NCBI GenBank assembly: GCA_029563245.1
Contig: JAKQSG010000009.1
Coordinates: 1 to 33,508 of the forward strand
Direction of reading: 5' to 3'
DNA length: 33,508 nucleotides
Source of the DNA: Candidatus Omnitrophota bacterium
GTDB lineage: Bacteria > Omnitrophota > Gorgyraeia > Gygaellales > Profunditerraquicolaceae
How positions within the stretch are numbered: position 1 is the first letter of the stretch; each line of letters opens with the position of its first letter. The notes beneath the pieces were generated by a model that was not told the DNA's origin, searched no databases, and saw nothing but the letters and a program-made list of their open reading frames with translations. A program made the translations under genes and the position numbers. Positions 17,297 through 27,300 of the stretch are shown here, piece by piece.

Positions 17297-18310
17297 ATGA
17301 AAAGACTTAAGGATATAGTAAAAAAGTTTAAGCGCGCGCGCATTTTAGTTATTGGCGACTTAATTTTAGATGAGTATATCTGGGGGAAAGTCGAGCGGAT
17401 CTCCCCGGAGGCTCCGGTTCCGGTAGTGTGGGCAAATAAAGAGACTCACCTCCCGGGAGGGGCGGCTAATGTGGCAAATAATATCAGTTCCTACGGGGCT
17501 TGTGTTTCTTTAGCCGGAGTTATAGGAGAGGACAAAAACGCAGGCATACTCAAAGGTGTATTAAAAAAAGCAAACATTGATACAAAAGGAGTTTTTGTTT
17601 CTCCTGGCAGATGCACGACGGTAAAAACCCGCATTATCTGTGGGCATCAGCAGATAGTAAGGGTTGATTGGGAGCATACCGAAACATTGCCCAAGAAGAC
17701 AATCTGCAGGATTTTCAATTTTATCAGGAGAAATATTAACGCCTTTGATGCCATTATCATAGAGGATTACGGTAAGGGGGTAATTAACCCTCAGCTTCTT
17801 GAGGGCTTAATCCTTCTTGCCCAGTCGAATAAGAAAATAATTTTGGTTGACCCTAAAGAGGATCATTTTCAGTATTACCGCGGAGTTACCTCTATTACTC
17901 CTAACCGCAAGGAGCTAGAGAATGCCGTAAGAAATCTGAAAATTAATGATAAGGGAAATAAGCTAAAGCTGGAGAGCGACAAGCTTTTTGATGATTCCGA
18001 TATTGAGGCAGCCGGTAAGCAAATATTGGAATATCTGGGGCTTGATTCTTTACTGGTTACATTAGGGGAACAGGGGGTTAAGTTATTTGAATATAATGGG
18101 AGGGTAACAAATATCCCTACGGTAGCTCAGGAGGTCTTTGATGTTTCCGGTGCCGGAGATACGGTGATTGCCACTTTTGCCTTGAGCCTGGCTGTAGGTG
18201 CCAGCAAAGTAGAGGCAGCTCATATCGCTAATTATGCCGCCGGGATTGTTGTAGGTAAAATAGGTACGGCTACCTTAACTTCAGATGAGTTGATAAGGGG
18301 GTTAGGTTAA
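17297..18310 (+). CDS. rfaE1: D-glycero-beta-D-manno-heptose-7-phosphate kinase (stand-alone HldE/RfaE domain I, PfkB fold)
   Basis: GD.ILDEY.WG.VERISPEAPVPVV, GGAANVA, DYGKG, VDPK, TPN and DVSGAGDTV. No adenylyltransferase domain. Confidence 0.92.
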   Translation: MKRLKDIVKKFKRARILVIGDLILDEYIWGKVERISPEAPVPVVWANKETHLPGGAANVANNISSYGACVSLAGVIGEDKNAGILKGVLKKANIDTKGVFVSPGRCTTVKTRIICGHQQIVRVDWEHTETLPKKTICRIFNFIRRNINAFDAIIIEDYGKGVINPQLLEGLILLAQSNKKIILVDPKEDHFQYYRGVTSITPNRKELENAVRNLKINDKGNKLKLESDKLFDDSDIEAAGKQILEYLGLDSLLVTLGEQGVKLFEYNGRVTNIPTVAQEVFDVSGAGDTVIATFALSLAVGASKVEAAHIANYAAGIVVGKIGTATLTSDELIRGLG

Positions 18311-19053
18311 TGATGGATGTGATAGGGGTTATACCGGCAAGATATTCTTCAACCCGTTTTCACGGCAAGGTCCTGGCGGATATAATGGGCAAGCCCATGA
18401 TTCAACATGTCTGGGAGAGGGTAAAACAGGCAAGGATGCTGGATGATATTATCGTTGCCTGCGACCATGAAGAGGTTGCAGAGGTTGCTTTAGGGTTCGG
18501 TGCAAAGGTAGTAATGACTTCCAAGTCGCATGTTTGCGGTACCGATAGAATTGCCGAGGTAATTAACCCTTTGGATGTAAAGATAGTGGTTAACATCCAG
18601 GCAGATGAACCCTTAATCCATCCGACCATGATTGATAGCCTCGCACGCGCCTTACTGGAAGATAACTCTGTTTCCATGGCTACAATTATGAAGAGGATAG
18701 TTGATCCAGCTTTAATAAACGATTCTAATGTTGTTAAGGTGGTAACAGATAAGAATAATTTCGCTTTATATTTCTCGCGTAGCGTTATTCCCTATGCAGC
18801 AGCTAATTCGGATGTAAAGGATCCGCAATATTTTAAGCATATCGGGCTTTACGGTTATACCAAGGACTTCCTTTTTATCTACAAGAACCTTCCGGTTTCG
18901 GATTTAGAGAGAAGCGAAAAACTGGAACAATTAAGGGTGTTGGAGGAAGGGTTTAAGATTAAGGTTATTGAGACAATGTTTGATACTATCGGCATTGATA
19001 CCCCTGATGATTTGCTTAAGGTTGAGGAGTATCTTAAGAAAGAGGCGATATGA
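18310..19053 (+). CDS. kdsB: Kdo cytidylyltransferase (CMP-Kdo synthetase)
   Basis: IPARYSSTRF.GK.L, GTDR, NIQADEP, ALYFSR, HIGLY and EKLEQLR. Confidence 0.96.
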   Translation: MMDVIGVIPARYSSTRFHGKVLADIMGKPMIQHVWERVKQARMLDDIIVACDHEEVAEVALGFGAKVVMTSKSHVCGTDRIAEVINPLDVKIVVNIQADEPLIHPTMIDSLARALLEDNSVSMATIMKRIVDPALINDSNVVKVVTDKNNFALYFSRSVIPYAAANSDVKDPQYFKHIGLYGYTKDFLFIYKNLPVSDLERSEKLEQLRVLEEGFKIKVIETMFDTIGIDTPDDLLKVEEYLKKEAI

Positions 19054-19880
19054 TGCGGCAGGTGAGCCTAGGCAATATTAAGATCGGCCAGGGGAGTAAG
19101 TTAATTCTTATTGCCGGGCCGTGCGTGATTGAATCGGAGGGCTCCTGTTTGAATATTGCCAAAAGGATTAAGGATATTACCTCAGGTTTAGGGGTTCCTT
19201 TTATATTCAAGTCGAGTTTTGATAAGGCTAACCGGCTTTCCCTGGAATCTTTCAGAGGGCCGGGTATAAAAAAAGGGCTGGATATATTAAGAAATATTAA
19301 GAAGAAAATAAAGGTCCCCATATTAAGCGACGTACATTGCGTAAAGGATATCTTTGAGGCTGCAAAGGTGTTGGATATTATCCAAATTCCCGCTTTCTTA
19401 AGCCGCCAAACCGATATCGTTGTTTCTGCAGCCAAGACCGGTAAGATAGTGAATATAAAGAAGGGGCAATTCTTGGCGCCTTGGGATATTCTGCCGATAA
19501 TTAAGAAAGTAGAATCTACGGGCAATAGGAATATTATTATTACTGAGCGCGGGGTATCTTTCGGGTATAACAATCTAGTTACTGATTTCAGGGCTTTAGA
19601 AATTATGCGTCAATTCGGCTATCCGGTAATTTATGATGCTACCCATAGTATCCAGATACCCGGGGGCAAGGGGAATTGTTCTTCGGGACAGCGCCAGTTT
19701 GTAGAAGGTTTATCCCGAGCAGCAGTTGCCTTTGGATGCGATGGGTTGTTTCTGGAGGTCCATTCTGATCCGGATAAGGCGCTTTGCGATGGATCAAATA
19801 TGATCGATCTTAAGGGGTTAGAGAAATTGCTTAAACAGGTAGTTAAAATAAGGCGTTCTTTAGGAGAAGAGGAGAGTTAA
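19050..19880 (+). CDS. kdsA: Kdo 8-phosphate synthase (metal-dependent type)
   Basis: IAGPCVIE (Cys metal ligand), KSSFDKANR, QIPAFL.RQT, KKGQF, ERG, DATHS, EVH and CDG. Confidence 0.96.
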   Translation: MMRQVSLGNIKIGQGSKLILIAGPCVIESEGSCLNIAKRIKDITSGLGVPFIFKSSFDKANRLSLESFRGPGIKKGLDILRNIKKKIKVPILSDVHCVKDIFEAAKVLDIIQIPAFLSRQTDIVVSAAKTGKIVNIKKGQFLAPWDILPIIKKVESTGNRNIIITERGVSFGYNNLVTDFRALEIMRQFGYPVIYDATHSIQIPGGKGNCSSGQRQFVEGLSRAAVAFGCDGLFLEVHSDPDKALCDGSNMIDLKGLEKLLKQVVKIRRSLGEEES

Positions 19881-20849
19881 GTGAAGATAAATGTTTTAAG
19901 GAGGGGCAGAGAGGTTCTGGAGACCGAGGCTTCGGCTATAAGGGACCTTAAGAGCCGTATCAACGGTAATTTTAAGCAGGCAATAAACCTAATTCTAAAG
20001 ACTAAGGGTAGGGTTGTTGTAAGCGGTATGGGAAAGACCGGGATAATTGCCCAGAAGTTTTCCGCCACCCTGGCTTCAACCGGAACTCCCAGTTTATTTT
20101 TACATACTGCCGAGGCTATACACGGAGATTTAGGAAAGGTTACCTCTTCTGACGTGGTGGTTATTCTTTCTAATAGCGGTTCAACTGAGGAGATGAGGAA
20201 GCTACTGCCTCTTTTAAAAAAAATAGGTTGTAAGGTAATTGCCCTGACCGGTAATACTAAGTCAATCCTGGGCAAATACAGCGATGTGGTTTTAGATGTA
20301 TCAGTAAGAAAAGAGGCCTGTCCCTTAGGTTTAGCTCCTACTGCGTCTACTACGGCATCTTTAGCAATGAGCGATGCCTTGGCAGTATGTTTATTGGAAT
20401 TAAAAGGTTTTAAGGAGAAAGATTTTGCCTTTTTCCATCCCGGCGGCGCATTAGGGAGGCGGTTGCTTTTAACCGTGGCAGATATTATGCGTACCGGAAA
20501 GGATAACCCGATAGTTAAGGAGAGGGAAAAAGTTTCCGAAGTACTTCTTAAAATTACTCAGTCCCGCGCAGGTTCGGCTACGGTAGTGGATAAGTCCGGA
20601 AAGTTAACGGGGATATTTACAGACGGGGATTTGCGCCGTAACCTCAAAACAGATGCGCGTATGCCCTTTCGCAATATAAGCGAAGTGATGACTAAGAATC
20701 CTTCGGTAATAACCGAGGATATGCTGGCGGCTGAGGCAATGCGGATTATGCAGGATAGGCGTATTGATGAGCTTCCGGTAATTGATAAGAAGAGGCGCCC
20801 GGTGGGGTTATTGGATGTTCAGGATTTACTTAAAGCAGGCTTAGTTTAG
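19881..20849 (+). CDS. kdsD: Arabinose 5-phosphate isomerase (KpsF/GutQ family, SIS plus CBS pair)
   Basis: GMGKTG, STGTP, EAIHGDLG, EACPLGLAPTASTT, HPGGALG and GIFTDGDLRR. GTG start. Confidence 0.95.
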   Translation: MKINVLRRGREVLETEASAIRDLKSRINGNFKQAINLILKTKGRVVVSGMGKTGIIAQKFSATLASTGTPSLFLHTAEAIHGDLGKVTSSDVVVILSNSGSTEEMRKLLPLLKKIGCKVIALTGNTKSILGKYSDVVLDVSVRKEACPLGLAPTASTTASLAMSDALAVCLLELKGFKEKDFAFFHPGGALGRRLLLTVADIMRTGKDNPIVKEREKVSEVLLKITQSRAGSATVVDKSGKLTGIFTDGDLRRNLKTDARMPFRNISEVMTKNPSVITEDMLAAEAMRIMQDRRIDELPVIDKKRRPVGLLDVQDLLKAGLV

Positions 20850-20859
20850 CTATTTTTAT

Positions 20860-21393
20860 ATGGAAGACAACAAAAAAATAAAAGAATTTGCGAGTAAGAT
20901 AAAATTGCTGCTTTTGGATGTTGACGGAGTGCTTACCGACGGGCGTATCATTTATGACTCCCGGGGCAGGGATTCTAAGTTTTTCGATGTGCACGACGGG
21001 CTGGGGGTATATCTCTTAAGCAAGGCAGGGGTAAAGACTGTCCTTATCACTGCCAAGAGTTCCGCTACTATTAAGCCTCGGGCAAGGGATATGCGTGTGG
21101 AAGAGGTCTTTGGCGATGTCTCACCTAAAAGCGCTATACTGGGCAAGCTTCTTAAGAAGTATAACGTCAGCGAAGAAGAGGTTTGTTTTGTCGGGGATGA
21201 TCTTGTAGACCTAGGCTTAATGAGGCTGGTTGGGTTTGGAGTTGCCGTGGTCAATGCCTGTTCGGAGATAAAAAACGCAGCTTCTTATGTAACTATAAAA
21301 CATGGCGGTCGGGGGGCAGTAAGAGAGATAGCGGAATTGATTCTTAAGTCCCAAGGGAAGTGGGATGCCATTATAAGGAATTATGAATTATAA
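20860..21393 (+). CDS. kdsC: Kdo 8-phosphate phosphatase
   Basis: LDVDGVLTDG, F.VHDG.G, GDDLVD and GGRGAVRE. Confidence 0.95.
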   Translation: MEDNKKIKEFASKIKLLLLDVDGVLTDGRIIYDSRGRDSKFFDVHDGLGVYLLSKAGVKTVLITAKSSATIKPRARDMRVEEVFGDVSPKSAILGKLLKKYNVSEEEVCFVGDDLVDLGLMRLVGFGVAVVNACSEIKNAASYVTIKHGGRGAVREIAELILKSQGKWDAIIRNYEL

Positions 21394-22279
21394 AAGTATA
21401 TATCTACTTTTATTTTTGTGTTTTTTCTTTCCCTCTTTTGTATTTGCGAATGTTATTCCTGATCAATCCGCTCAGCAGATAAGTGATTTTTCTTTAGTGG
21501 GCTATGAGGAAAAAGGCAAAAAGAGCTGGGATATATCCGGGCGTTCAGCGGATATCTTTACGGAGGTGGTTAAGCTAAAAGACGTAAACGGGAATTTATA
21601 CGGCAAAGATGAAGACGTTAACCTTACCGCTAAAAAAGGTGATTTTAATAAGGAGGACGGCAAGGTTTCCTTAAAAGAGGATGTGGTTATTACTACATCT
21701 CAAGGCGCAAGGCTTACTACTGATTCCATGGATTGGGACAGGAAGAATCAGGTGGTTACAACTAAGGATAGGGTTAACATAGATAAGGATAATATAAATA
21801 TCGTAGGAATCGGGGCGCATGGGGAGCCGGGGTTAAACAGGATGGCTTTAAATAAAGATGTACGTGTTGACATTAATCCGCTTGGCCCCGAGGATAGTAT
21901 TGATGATTTAGTGATTAAGGACAGGGTCATAATAACCTGCGACGGGCCGATGGAGGTGGATTACGCCAAGAATATCGCCTCTTTTAATATTAATGTCAGG
22001 GTGGAAAGGCCAGATATCATTATCTATAGCGATAAGATGGATATTTATTTTACAGCCCAAGATAAAGGTTCTAAGTCTATTAAGACGGCCGAATCAATGG
22101 CCGGGAGTATAGACAGGATCGTAGCCAGTGGTAACGTGAGGATAGTGCGCGGGGACAATGTCTCCTACAGTCAGGAGGCTGTATATACTGCGCAGGATAA
22201 GAGGATTGTCTTGAACGGCCGTCCAAAATTAGTTTTTTATTCTATGGAAGAGTTTAAAAATGCATCTTTTGGAGATTAA
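21383..22279 (+). CDS. lptC: LPS export protein, LptC-like domain fused to an LptA/OstA-like domain
   Basis: N-terminal hydrophobic helix. LptC-like segment (W.I.G..A, LTA.KG, V.L..DV.IT, L.TDS..W). Second jellyroll (IITCD..MEVD, NV.V, I.SD.M.IY, I.ASGNV.I, A.Y, I.L.G.P). Lies between kdsC and lptB. Confidence 0.75.
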   Translation: MNYKSIYLLLFLCFFFPSFVFANVIPDQSAQQISDFSLVGYEEKGKKSWDISGRSADIFTEVVKLKDVNGNLYGKDEDVNLTAKKGDFNKEDGKVSLKEDVVITTSQGARLTTDSMDWDRKNQVVTTKDRVNIDKDNINIVGIGAHGEPGLNRMALNKDVRVDINPLGPEDSIDDLVIKDRVIITCDGPMEVDYAKNIASFNINVRVERPDIIIYSDKMDIYFTAQDKGSKSIKTAESMAGSIDRIVASGNVRIVRGDNVSYSQEAVYTAQDKRIVLNGRPKLVFYSMEEFKNASFGD

Positions 22280-22982
22280 AGATTTAAGCAAGTCTTACGG
22301 TGAGAGAGAGGTCGTGCGCGGAGTCGATATTCTGGTTAAACGCGGCGAGATCGTTGGCCTCTTGGGTCCTAACGGGGCCGGGAAGACTACAACCTTTTAT
22401 ATGATCGTAGGTATTATCCCCCCTAACCGCGGTAGGATAGTATTTGATAATTATGATATTACTAATCTTCCTATCCATGAGCGCTGTCGTTTCGGCATAA
22501 GCTATCTCTCTCAAGAGGCCTCGATATTCAGAAAGCTTACCGTTGAAGAAAATATCCTGGCCATCCTGGAGACGCTGCCGATAGGAAGGGGTGAGAGGAA
22601 AAGAAGGCTGGATAGTTTGCTCAATGAGTTAAATATTGCACACTTAAGGAAGAATAAATCTTATACTTTATCGGGAGGAGAAAGAAGAAGGCTGGAGATT
22701 ACAAGGGCCTTGGTTACTAATCCCTCCTTTATATTATTGGATGAACCATTCTCCGGGATTGACCCGATCGTGGTTAACGAAGCCCAGGAAATTATTAAAG
22801 AGTTGAGAGAGAAGGGGCTGGGGATTTTGCTGACGGATCATAATGTAAGGGAAACATTATCCATAACTGACCGCGCATACCTTATAGCTGATGGCAAGAT
22901 TCTTATTTCTGGTACAGCCAGCGATCTCATCAGCAATACTAAGGCGCGGCAGGTTTATTTGGGAGAAAAATTCAAGATGTAG
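22260..22982 (+). CDS. lptB: LPS export ABC transporter ATPase
   Basis: [49 protein letters not shown] and YLGE. Confidence 0.97.
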   Translation: MHLLEIKDLSKSYGEREVVRGVDILVKRGEIVGLLGPNGAGKTTTFYMIVGIIPPNRGRIVFDNYDITNLPIHERCRFGISYLSQEASIFRKLTVEENILAILETLPIGRGERKRRLDSLLNELNIAHLRKNKSYTLSGGERRRLEITRALVTNPSFILLDEPFSGIDPIVVNEAQEIIKELREKGLGILLTDHNVRETLSITDRAYLIADGKILISGTASDLISNTKARQVYLGEKFKM

Positions 22983-23006
22983 GTTTTTGCCTTCAGAAAG
23001 GAAAAT

Positions 23007-23885
23007 ATGAAAACGGAAGTAAAAAGGATCGATAATAACACAAGGGAGATTAATGTTGAGGTGAGCGGGGAGGTAGTCAAGAATAAGTTTGAAGAAGTCT
23101 TTAAGCGGATATCTTCAGAGGCTAAGGTTCCGGGGTTTAGGCCCGGGCATGCACCCAGGGATATCCTTGAAAAACAGTTTGGTGCCGCGGCCCATGAACA
23201 GGTCTTAAAAGAATTAATTCCGGATATTTATAATCAGGCGGTAAATAACGAGAAGCTTGATGTTATTGAGTTGCCACAGATATCAGAGGTAAAGCTCGAT
23301 AATGATACCCTCTCTTTTAAAGCCAAGGTAGAGATAAGCCCGGAGATTGATATTAAAGATTACAGGAACATTCCCCTCAACTACAAGAATGTAAGCGTTG
23401 CAGAAGATGAGGTGAAACGCAGCATAGATTCTTTTAAGGAATCGCGTAAGCTGGATAAATTAGATGATAGTCTGGCTAGATCATTGGGGTATCCTTCTTT
23501 AGCGGAGTTAGAGAAGGTATTAGAGAAACAGATTTTTCTCCAAAAGGAGAATAACCAGAGGCAAAAACTTGAAAGCGAGATTATCGATAATCTGCTGAAG
23601 GGGCTGGATTTTAAATTGCCCCAATCCTTAGTGAAGCGTCAATCGGAGGATATGCTTCGTCAGGCTAAGATTGATTTAGCCTTAAAAGGCGTCCCTCGCG
23701 AAAAGATAGACGCGCAGGAAAGCAAGATGCGCGAAGAATTAGAGCCTGAGGCAAGAAATCAGGTTAAGGTATACCTAGTTTTATCAGCAATAGCCAAGAA
23801 AGAGGCTATCACACTCGATGACCATATGCCGCGTAAGGTTATGGAGTTTTTGCTAAGGGAGGCCAATTGGAAGATAACAGATTAG
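23007..23885 (+). CDS. tig: Trigger factor lacking the FKBP PPIase domain
   Basis: Ribosome-binding signature PGFRPGHAP and C-domain LDD.LA..LG..SL.EL, P.SLV, IA.KE.I. Only 292 aa; directly upstream of clpP. Confidence 0.85.
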   Translation: MKTEVKRIDNNTREINVEVSGEVVKNKFEEVFKRISSEAKVPGFRPGHAPRDILEKQFGAAAHEQVLKELIPDIYNQAVNNEKLDVIELPQISEVKLDNDTLSFKAKVEISPEIDIKDYRNIPLNYKNVSVAEDEVKRSIDSFKESRKLDKLDDSLARSLGYPSLAELEKVLEKQIFLQKENNQRQKLESEIIDNLLKGLDFKLPQSLVKRQSEDMLRQAKIDLALKGVPREKIDAQESKMREELEPEARNQVKVYLVLSAIAKKEAITLDDHMPRKVMEFLLREANWKITD

Positions 23886-23902
23886 TTATTAAGGAGGTGG
23901 GT

Positions 23903-24511
23903 ATGGGTATAAGAAATCAGACTTTGGTGCCTATGGTCATTGAGCAGACCGCAAGGGGATATGAAAGGGCGTATGATATATATTCCCGTCTTTTAAAAGA
24001 CCGTATTGTCTTTATCGGTACCCCTATTGATGATTATATAGCTAACCTAATTATTGCCCAGATCCTATTTTTACAGATGGAGGATTTCAGTAAAGATATA
24101 AATGTTTATATTAATTCTCCGGGAGGATCTGTTACCGCGGGTTTGGCCATATACGATACAATGCAGTTTGTGAAATGCGATATAGCTACTTACTGCCTGG
24201 GACAGGCCTCTAGTATGGGTGCGCTATTGCTAGCTGCCGGCACCAGGGGGAAGCGTCAGTCTCTGCCTAATTCAAGGGTTATGATCCATCAGCCCTGGGG
24301 AGGGGTTCAGGGCCAAGCCGAGGATATTTCGCGCCATGCTAAAGAAATTTTAAATATGCGCGATAAAATTAACCAGATACTGGCTCAACACACGGGCCAG
24401 CCTTTAGAGAAGGTACAAAAGGATACCGACAGGGATTATTTTATGTCTGCCCAAGAAGCCAAGGAATACGGGTTGGTTGATGAAGTAATCATACCGGGTA
24501 AGAAAAAATAA
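23903..24511 (+). CDS. clpP: ATP-dependent Clp protease proteolytic subunit
   Basis: DIYSRLL, YINSPGG, catalytic ASSMG, MIHQP and DRD. SD AAGGAGGT precedes ATG 23903. Confidence 0.97.
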   Translation: MGIRNQTLVPMVIEQTARGYERAYDIYSRLLKDRIVFIGTPIDDYIANLIIAQILFLQMEDFSKDINVYINSPGGSVTAGLAIYDTMQFVKCDIATYCLGQASSMGALLLAAGTRGKRQSLPNSRVMIHQPWGGVQGQAEDISRHAKEILNMRDKINQILAQHTGQPLEKVQKDTDRDYFMSAQEAKEYGLVDEVIIPGKKK

Positions 24512-24548
24512 TATTTTTTAAATATATTTTTAGAGAAAGGAAAATACG

Positions 24549-25688
24549 ATGAGAAAGAACTATCTTTTAACGCCGGGGCCTACACCTCTCCCTCCTGAAG
24601 TCTTAGAGGCAATGAGCAGGCCTATTATTCACCACCGCACCCCGCAATTTCAGGCAATATTAAAAGAGGCTACCCAGGGCTTGCAGTATGTATATCAGAC
24701 CAAGAATGACGTTTTTATTTTAGCTTCTTCCGGGACCGGGGCAATGGAGGCTGCGGTGGTTAATCTTTTATCCTGCAAAGATACGGCCTTGGTTATAGAG
24801 GGAGGTAAATTCGGAGAAAGATGGACGGAGATCTGCAAGGCCTACGGAATAAATACTGAAGTTATTTCCGTAGAGTGGGGCAGGGCGGTAAATCCTTTAG
24901 ATATCCAGGAGAAGATTAAGAATAACCCTGCGATTAAAGTCGTTTTTACTACGCTTTGCGAAACATCCACCGGCGTAGTCAATGATATCGCTGCGATAGG
25001 GAAGATAATTAAAGATACAAACGCGGTCTTGGCAGTAGATGCCATAAGCGGTTTAGGGGCTATTGATTTAAAGACCGATGATTGGTTCTGCGATATTGTA
25101 GTATCTGGTTCTCAGAAGGGTTTAATGTTGCCTCCGGGTCTAGGATTTATTTCCGTAAGCCCTAAGGCCTTTAAGTTCATCGATTCTTCCAACGCACCCA
25201 GGTATTATCTAGACTTGAAGAAGGCCAAAAAAGCTTTAGACAAAACTGACACGCCGTTTACTCCGGCAATCACTCTTATCATTGCCTTAAATGAGGTGCT
25301 TAAGATGATGAAAGAGGATGGCCTGGAGAATATTTTTGCCAGGCATAGAAAGATGGCAGATGCGGTTAGAAACGCAGTTTTAGCTTTAGGGCTTAAATTA
25401 TTCGCACCTGAGGCAGGCTCGGATGTGGTGACCGCGATTTGCCTGCCCGAAGGGCTGGACGGAGAGAAGTTAGTTAAGACCATGCGTGATACTTATGGTG
25501 TTACTATTGCCGGAGGCCAGGACTCGCTTAAGGGCAAGGTTTGTAGGATTGCGCATATGGGTTTTATCGAGGAGTTTGATATTATTACCGGCATATCTTG
25601 CTTAGAGAAAGTATTAACGCAGATGGGTTATAAATTTACCCTGGGATCAGGGGTAAAGGCCGCAGAAGAGACTTTTTTAAAAAAATAA
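24549..25688 (+). CDS. Class V PLP aminotransferase (AGT/serine-pyruvate family; probable phosphoserine aminotransferase)
   Basis: TPGPT, SGTGAMEA, ETSTGV, VDAIS, GSQKG (PLP lysine) and RIAHMG. Directly upstream of serA. Confidence 0.88.
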   Translation: MRKNYLLTPGPTPLPPEVLEAMSRPIIHHRTPQFQAILKEATQGLQYVYQTKNDVFILASSGTGAMEAAVVNLLSCKDTALVIEGGKFGERWTEICKAYGINTEVISVEWGRAVNPLDIQEKIKNNPAIKVVFTTLCETSTGVVNDIAAIGKIIKDTNAVLAVDAISGLGAIDLKTDDWFCDIVVSGSQKGLMLPPGLGFISVSPKAFKFIDSSNAPRYYLDLKKAKKALDKTDTPFTPAITLIIALNEVLKMMKEDGLENIFARHRKMADAVRNAVLALGLKLFAPEAGSDVVTAICLPEGLDGEKLVKTMRDTYGVTIAGGQDSLKGKVCRIAHMGFIEEFDIITGISCLEKVLTQMGYKFTLGSGVKAAEETFLKK

Positions 25689-25702
25689 CAGGAGGGTTTT
25701 AG

Positions 25703-27289
25703 ATGTTTAAGATCTTGGTAAGCGATGCGCTTTCTGAAGAAGGCCTAAAAATATTAAAAGAGGTGAAGGAATTTGAGGTTGATGTAAAGACCGGCCTTGC
25801 CCCCGAAGAGTTGAAAAGTATCATCAAAGATTATGATGCGCTTTTAGTTAGAAGTGCTACAAAGGCAAATAAGGATCTTATTAATGCCGCTTCCAGGCTT
25901 AAGGTTATAGGCCGCGCAGGTGTAGGCCTCGATAATGTTGACCTTGATGCAGCTACCTCCAAAGGGATAATTGTTATGAATACTCCGGGAGGCAATACTA
26001 TATCGACCGCTGAACACGCAGTAAGTATGATTCTATCTCTTTCCAGGAGTATCCCGCAGGCAAACGCATCTACTAAGAAAGGCGAGTGGAAACGCTCTAA
26101 ATTCATGGGAGTGGAACTTTATGCTAAGGTTTTAGGGATAATCGGTTTTGGCAGAATAGGTAAAGAAGTGGCAAGGCGTGCCCTTTCTTTCGGTATGCGG
26201 GTATTAGCCTATGACCCCTTTTTATCTAAGAATGTAGCGGAAGCTTTGGGGGTTGAAGTAGTAGAACTTAAGGAATTATTCCAACAGTCCGATTATATTA
26301 CGGTGCATACGCCTATGACCGAAGAGACCAATCATTTGATCTCAACCGAAGAATTTGCTTTGATGAAAAAAGGTGTGCGTATTATTAACTGCGCAAGGGG
26401 GGGCATCATTGATGAAAAGGCCTTAGTTGCAGCTGTTAGCCAGGGTAAGGTTGCCGGAGCGGCTTTAGACGTATTTGAGAAAGAGCCTATCTCCCCTGAC
26501 CATGAGCTTTTGAAATTTGACAATGTTATAGTAACCCCTCATCTGGGGGCCTCAACTGAAGAGGCCCAGGTAAATGTGGCTATAGAAGTAGCCGAGATTG
26601 TGCGGGATGCCTTATTAGGGAAAGGAATCCGTAATGCCGCAAATTATCCTTGCCTGGAAGCTGAGGTTTGCAAGAAATTGGATCCCTATATTAATTTAAC
26701 CGAGAAATTAGGCGGTTTTGCGGGGCAGCTGGTAGAGGGGGGATTTAAAGAGCTTGATATAAGTTATAGCGGAGAGATCGCTGCTTATGATTTAAGCCCT
26801 TTGACTATGTCTTTATGCAAGGGATTGCTCTCTCCTATATTAAAAGAGAACATAAATTTCATTAATGCCGTATCTATAGCCAAGGATAGAGGAATTAAAA
26901 TTAAGGAGGCTAAGACTTCTAAGGAAGATGAGTTTGTTAATCTTATACAGCTTGAGATAAAGACTGATAAGGAGACTAGGGTAGTATCGGGCACTTTATC
27001 CGGTAATAAGCAGCCCAGGATTGTTAAGATTGATGAATATTACATAGAGCTTGCCCCTTCGCAGGAGATGATCTATATTGAAAACTGGGATAAGCGCGGG
27101 CTGATCGGAAACTTAGGAACATTTCTGGCTAAAGAGGGTATAAACATAGCCGCTATGACCATAGGGCGCGATAAACCAGGCGGTAAGGCAATCAGCGTTT
27201 GGAATGTGGATAGCCCGGTTTCATTGGAGCTAACCCAGAAGATAAAGAAACTTGAGAATATACTGACTGCCAAGGGCATAAAAATATAA
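25703..27289 (+). CDS. serA: D-3-phosphoglycerate dehydrogenase (long type with ASB and ACT domains)
   Basis: VRSATK, RAGVGLDNVD, GFGRIG, NCARGG, LDVF and TPHLGAST; 528 aa. Confidence 0.96.
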   Translation: MFKILVSDALSEEGLKILKEVKEFEVDVKTGLAPEELKSIIKDYDALLVRSATKANKDLINAASRLKVIGRAGVGLDNVDLDAATSKGIIVMNTPGGNTISTAEHAVSMILSLSRSIPQANASTKKGEWKRSKFMGVELYAKVLGIIGFGRIGKEVARRALSFGMRVLAYDPFLSKNVAEALGVEVVELKELFQQSDYITVHTPMTEETNHLISTEEFALMKKGVRIINCARGGIIDEKALVAAVSQGKVAGAALDVFEKEPISPDHELLKFDNVIVTPHLGASTEEAQVNVAIEVAEIVRDALLGKGIRNAANYPCLEAEVCKKLDPYINLTEKLGGFAGQLVEGGFKELDISYSGEIAAYDLSPLTMSLCKGLLSPILKENINFINAVSIAKDRGIKIKEAKTSKEDEFVNLIQLEIKTDKETRVVSGTLSGNKQPRIVKIDEYYIELAPSQEMIYIENWDKRGLIGNLGTFLAKEGINIAAMTIGRDKPGGKAISVWNVDSPVSLELTQKIKKLENILTAKGIKI

Positions 27290-27300
27290 AGAGAGAGGAT

